Positions 50,247 to 52,866 of a stretch of DNA of 52,866 nucleotides are shown here, in pieces. The position numbers and the translations under genes are program-made. How positions within the stretch are numbered: position 1 is the first letter of the stretch; every line of letters starts with the position of its first letter. A model generated the notes under the pieces. The model made no database searches, was not told the DNA's origin, and worked only from the letters and a program-made list of their open reading frames with translations. Location: NCBI GenBank assembly GCA_041687715.1, contig JBDNJO010000034.1:1-52866 (forward strand), written 5' to 3'. The DNA comes from Candidatus Nanopelagicales bacterium. GTDB lineage: Bacteria > Actinomycetota > Actinomycetes > S36-B12 > UBA5976.

Positions 50247-50690
50247 CTACTCGTAAACCTCGTAATGTTGAGTGAGCGAACTAGGTGCGGGTGGTGAAAC
50301 CACGAAATCTATCGCATCATAAACCTGCAGTAATTGCGGGATAAGAGAGCGTGGGCAAACCGGAACCATGAGCGCAGCCGAAGATGCACCTTCTGCTTTT
50401 AACATTGCTCCAATTGCCAGTGCCGTTGTTCCGGTTTCTACGCCATCATCAATAACAGCGATCCGAAGATCCGCTACTTGCGTAATGCGCGGTATTACAA
50501 CTCCAGCTGCCGTTCTGGAAATTACGAGATCGCGCATAGGTATTGTCGTTGCCGAAGCAAAAGCAAAGGCAATCTCACTTGCTGCTGGTTGCACAACAAC
50601 GATGAGATCACATCCCAAAATCTTTTCCCCGAAATTTTCGTACATCTGACGTCCTGCGTCTGCGCGATCTAGGAAATCAAAATTATTCAT
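50247..50690 (-). CDS. Phosphoribosyltransferase-like protein (short)
   Basis: FLDRADAGR, VIDDGVETGTT PRPP loop, VPV. Confidence 0.75.
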   Translation of the reverse strand: MNNFDFLDRADAGRQMYENFGEKILGCDLIVVVQPAASEIAFAFASATTIPMRDLVISRTAAGVVIPRITQVADLRIAVIDDGVETGTTALAIGAMLKAEGASSAALMVPVCPRSLIPQLLQVYDAIDFVVSPPAPSSLTQHYEVYE

Positions 50691-51015
50691 CTACGCTCGA
50701 TTCAAATTCCATCGTGATATCGGCAGTCATGCTAAAAAGCTTTTCAAATGCTGTTACATCATCTTTCATGTCGGCTAAGAATGGCCAAACACCAATCTTG
50801 GAATCCATTGACCCCATGGCGCGACGATAAGAACCCACGTCTTTCCAGTCTGACTGGACTAAATAACGCTGTGGTTCATCTGCGCTATGCAAAATGGTGG
50901 CTGAAATAAAACCTGATTGTTTTTGCAGGATGTTTAGCGCAGCGCGCGCATTTGCATTCCAATTTGAAATATCTAAAACTTCAAAAGTCCACAGGGAGTG
51001 AAAGGTTCCTAGCAT
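50683..51015 (-). CDS. Antibiotic biosynthesis monooxygenase (ABM) family protein
   Basis: QSGFISA...ADEPQRYLVQSDWKDVGSYRRAM. Confidence 0.75.
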   Translation of the reverse strand: MLGTFHSLWTFEVLDISNWNANARAALNILQKQSGFISATILHSADEPQRYLVQSDWKDVGSYRRAMGSMDSKIGVWPFLADMKDDVTAFEKLFSMTADITMEFESSVDE

Positions 51016-51018
51016 CTG

Positions 51019-51354
51019 CTATGAAATGAAACTTACCGAGGTGGCTGCGGCCAAGATTAATAAAACTGTGAACCGAATAACTTTGGAACGAGGATCAAGC
51101 AGTGGCCAAGATAAATACATCAACCAACCAACAAAAGTACTAACAATAGCAAGTGCTATTCCAGAAAGTGGTGGCTGCAGAAATAGCCCTAGCACCATAA
51201 AAATTGCCATCAGTGCGGGAACTACAAAGCGTGGCAAGGAATGAATTCGAAGCAGAACCGGTGCACTTACATTGGTAATCTTCTTGCGCAAAAGTGAGTG
51301 CGTAACTACAGGAACGGTAGGAATTGGCTTTTTAGGATTGTTTTTCTTGCTCAT
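51019..51354 (-). CDS. Small membrane protein (DUF6703-like)
   Basis: SAPVLLRIHSLPR, GWLMYLSWP; 3 TM; typical glyQS-upstream context. Confidence 0.6.
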   Translation of the reverse strand: MSKKNNPKKPIPTVPVVTHSLLRKKITNVSAPVLLRIHSLPRFVVPALMAIFMVLGLFLQPPLSGIALAIVSTFVGWLMYLSWPLLDPRSKVIRFTVLLILAAATSVSFIS

Positions 51355-51465
51355 TGCCTAATTCAAGCATGGATTCTTGGGAATTTACCTAATTCACCCG
51401 AGAGTGACACGAACTAATGCTAAGCACCAAGTGATAGTCGCCGTGGCGCTGGCCAAAAATTAAAA

Positions 51466-52245
51466 TTAGTCAGTTGGAAGTGGGTTTGGCGCAGCGCCGC
51501 CATAGCGGCGATCCCGTGAGGCATAAATTTCGCAGGCATGCCACAAGTGGCGACGGTCAAAGTCTGGCCAAAGCGTTGGAAGAAATACGAATTCTGCGTA
51601 CGCACTTTGCCAAAGCAAAAAATTACTCAAGCGTTGTTCGCCACTTGACCGAACAAACAGATCAACATCTGGCATGTCTGGTTCATCTAGAAATTTCTTG
51701 ATGGTTTTTTCAGTAACTTTCTTAGGATCAATTTTTCCTGCAACTACTTCACTTGCAATCATAGAAACTGCATCTACGATCTCAGCTCTTCCCCCGTAAT
51801 TGACACACATGGTCACAGTTAACTTTGAATTCTTGGCTGTTAATCGCTCACACGCTTCAAGTTCTTCAATTACGGATCGCCAAAGTTTTGGTCGCCGACC
51901 TGCCCAGCGAATGCGAACACCCATGTCATTCATTTCATCGCGCCGACGGCGGATTACATCGCGATTAAAGTTCATTAGGAAACGAACTTCTTCTGGGGAC
52001 CGTCGCCAGTTTTCGGTGGAAAATGCATATGCCGAAAGCCATGAAACTCCAAGTTCTAGCGAGCCATAAATGCAATCCATCAAACTGGCTTCGCCAGCTT
52101 CGTGACCAGAAGTGCGAGGTAAGCCGCGCTCTTTAGCCCATCTGCCATTGCCATCCATAACAACTGCGATGTGATTTGGAATTAGCTCCGTTGCAATCTT
52201 GGGCGGCCTTATCCCAGTTGCATGTGGTGGTGGTTCGATTGGCAC
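51466..52245 (-). CDS. uppS: Isoprenyl (undecaprenyl/decaprenyl) diphosphate synthase
   Basis: [51 protein letters not shown]. Confidence 0.96.
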   Translation of the reverse strand: MPIEPPPHATGIRPPKIATELIPNHIAVVMDGNGRWAKERGLPRTSGHEAGEASLMDCIYGSLELGVSWLSAYAFSTENWRRSPEEVRFLMNFNRDVIRRRRDEMNDMGVRIRWAGRRPKLWRSVIEELEACERLTAKNSKLTVTMCVNYGGRAEIVDAVSMIASEVVAGKIDPKKVTEKTIKKFLDEPDMPDVDLFVRSSGEQRLSNFLLWQSAYAEFVFLPTLWPDFDRRHLWHACEIYASRDRRYGGAAPNPLPTD

Positions 52246-52263
52246 GATCTAAGTCTGCCATGT

Positions 52264-52866
52264 TCAGGTTGTTTGCTGATCAACTATCTGACGGTCTACT
52301 AAAGATAAGGAGCGAAGACCTCGTTCTAGGTGCCACTGCACATAAGCCGCGACAATACCCGATACTTCATTTCGATCTCGAGGCAATGAACTGTCTGCCT
52401 GCTCCCAATCACCCGAAAGTAATGCTTGCATTAGCAATATAGATTCGGCGCGAGGTGCAACACTTCCTGGAACGCGATGAGCAACACAAAGCACTCCCCC
52501 GGTCGCGACATGAAAGAACGGCTGAACTCCCGCAGTGCCACAAGTTATACATGCTTCAAGTGACGGTGAATATCCAGCCATCGAAAGTGATCTAAGCAAG
52601 TACGCGTCGAGGACTAATGCGGCGGCATGCTCACCACTAATTAGGGTGCGCAATGCGCCAACTAGCAATAAGTACTGCGACTCCGCTGATACTGCTTCTT
52701 CAGGCGACAACCGATCAGCTGTCTCAAGCATGGTTTGCCCAGCTGTCCATAACGAATAATCCAATGCAAGTTCTTGACCATATGCATTCAAAGATTCAGC
52801 TTGCGTGATTATGTCGAGATTCTTTCCTGCAAATACCAAGAGATCAACCCGACTAAAAGGTTCTAA
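52264..52866 (-). CDS. recO: DNA repair protein RecO (5' end outside window)
   Basis: LEPFSRVD...LDIITQAE, LLRSLSMAGY.P...CITCG, GGVLC, WHLERGLRSL; upstream of uppS. Confidence 0.93.
   Translation of the reverse strand, partial: LEPFSRVDLLVFAGKNLDIITQAESLNAYGQELALDYSLWTAGQTMLETADRLSPEEAVSAESQYLLLVGALRTLISGEHAAALVLDAYLLRSLSMAGYSPSLEACITCGTAGVQPFFHVATGGVLCVAHRVPGSVAPRAESILLMQALLSGDWEQADSSLPRDRNEVSGIVAAYVQWHLERGLRSLSLVDRQIVDQQTT

Overview
Actinobacterial chromosome segment of moderate GC (roughly 45-50% by eye). The conserved recO-uppS-glyQS-dusB-dgt-dnaG-tRNA-Asn core block and many TANNNT-N6/7-start leaderless genes support this assignment. A small, free-living, possibly aquatic lineage is inference only. 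Left of tRNA-Asn lies about 43 kb of mostly accessory metabolism. The centrepiece (18100-28376) is a form I Mo/Cu CO dehydrogenase locus: coxM-S-L-G (CoxL motif AYRCSFR), a convergent coxD-E operon and an xdhC/coxF gene. It also holds nine unannotated small genes. Five of them sit directly after coxG as a tandem array of look-alike proteins, each with one TM helix plus a predicted coiled coil; I propose they form a membrane stalk or anchor for CODH/CoxG. Also present: a DddW/DddK-like cupin, a methionine gamma-lyase-like gene with an Lrp regulator, modE-modA-modB without modC, a kinase-M23-aminotransferase fusion, a GC-rich otsA-otsB fusion, and an abrupt gltB'/'serB junction (deletion or chimera). 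No CRISPR array, rRNA, integrase or transposase was seen. All family calls come from motif recognition, not database searches.
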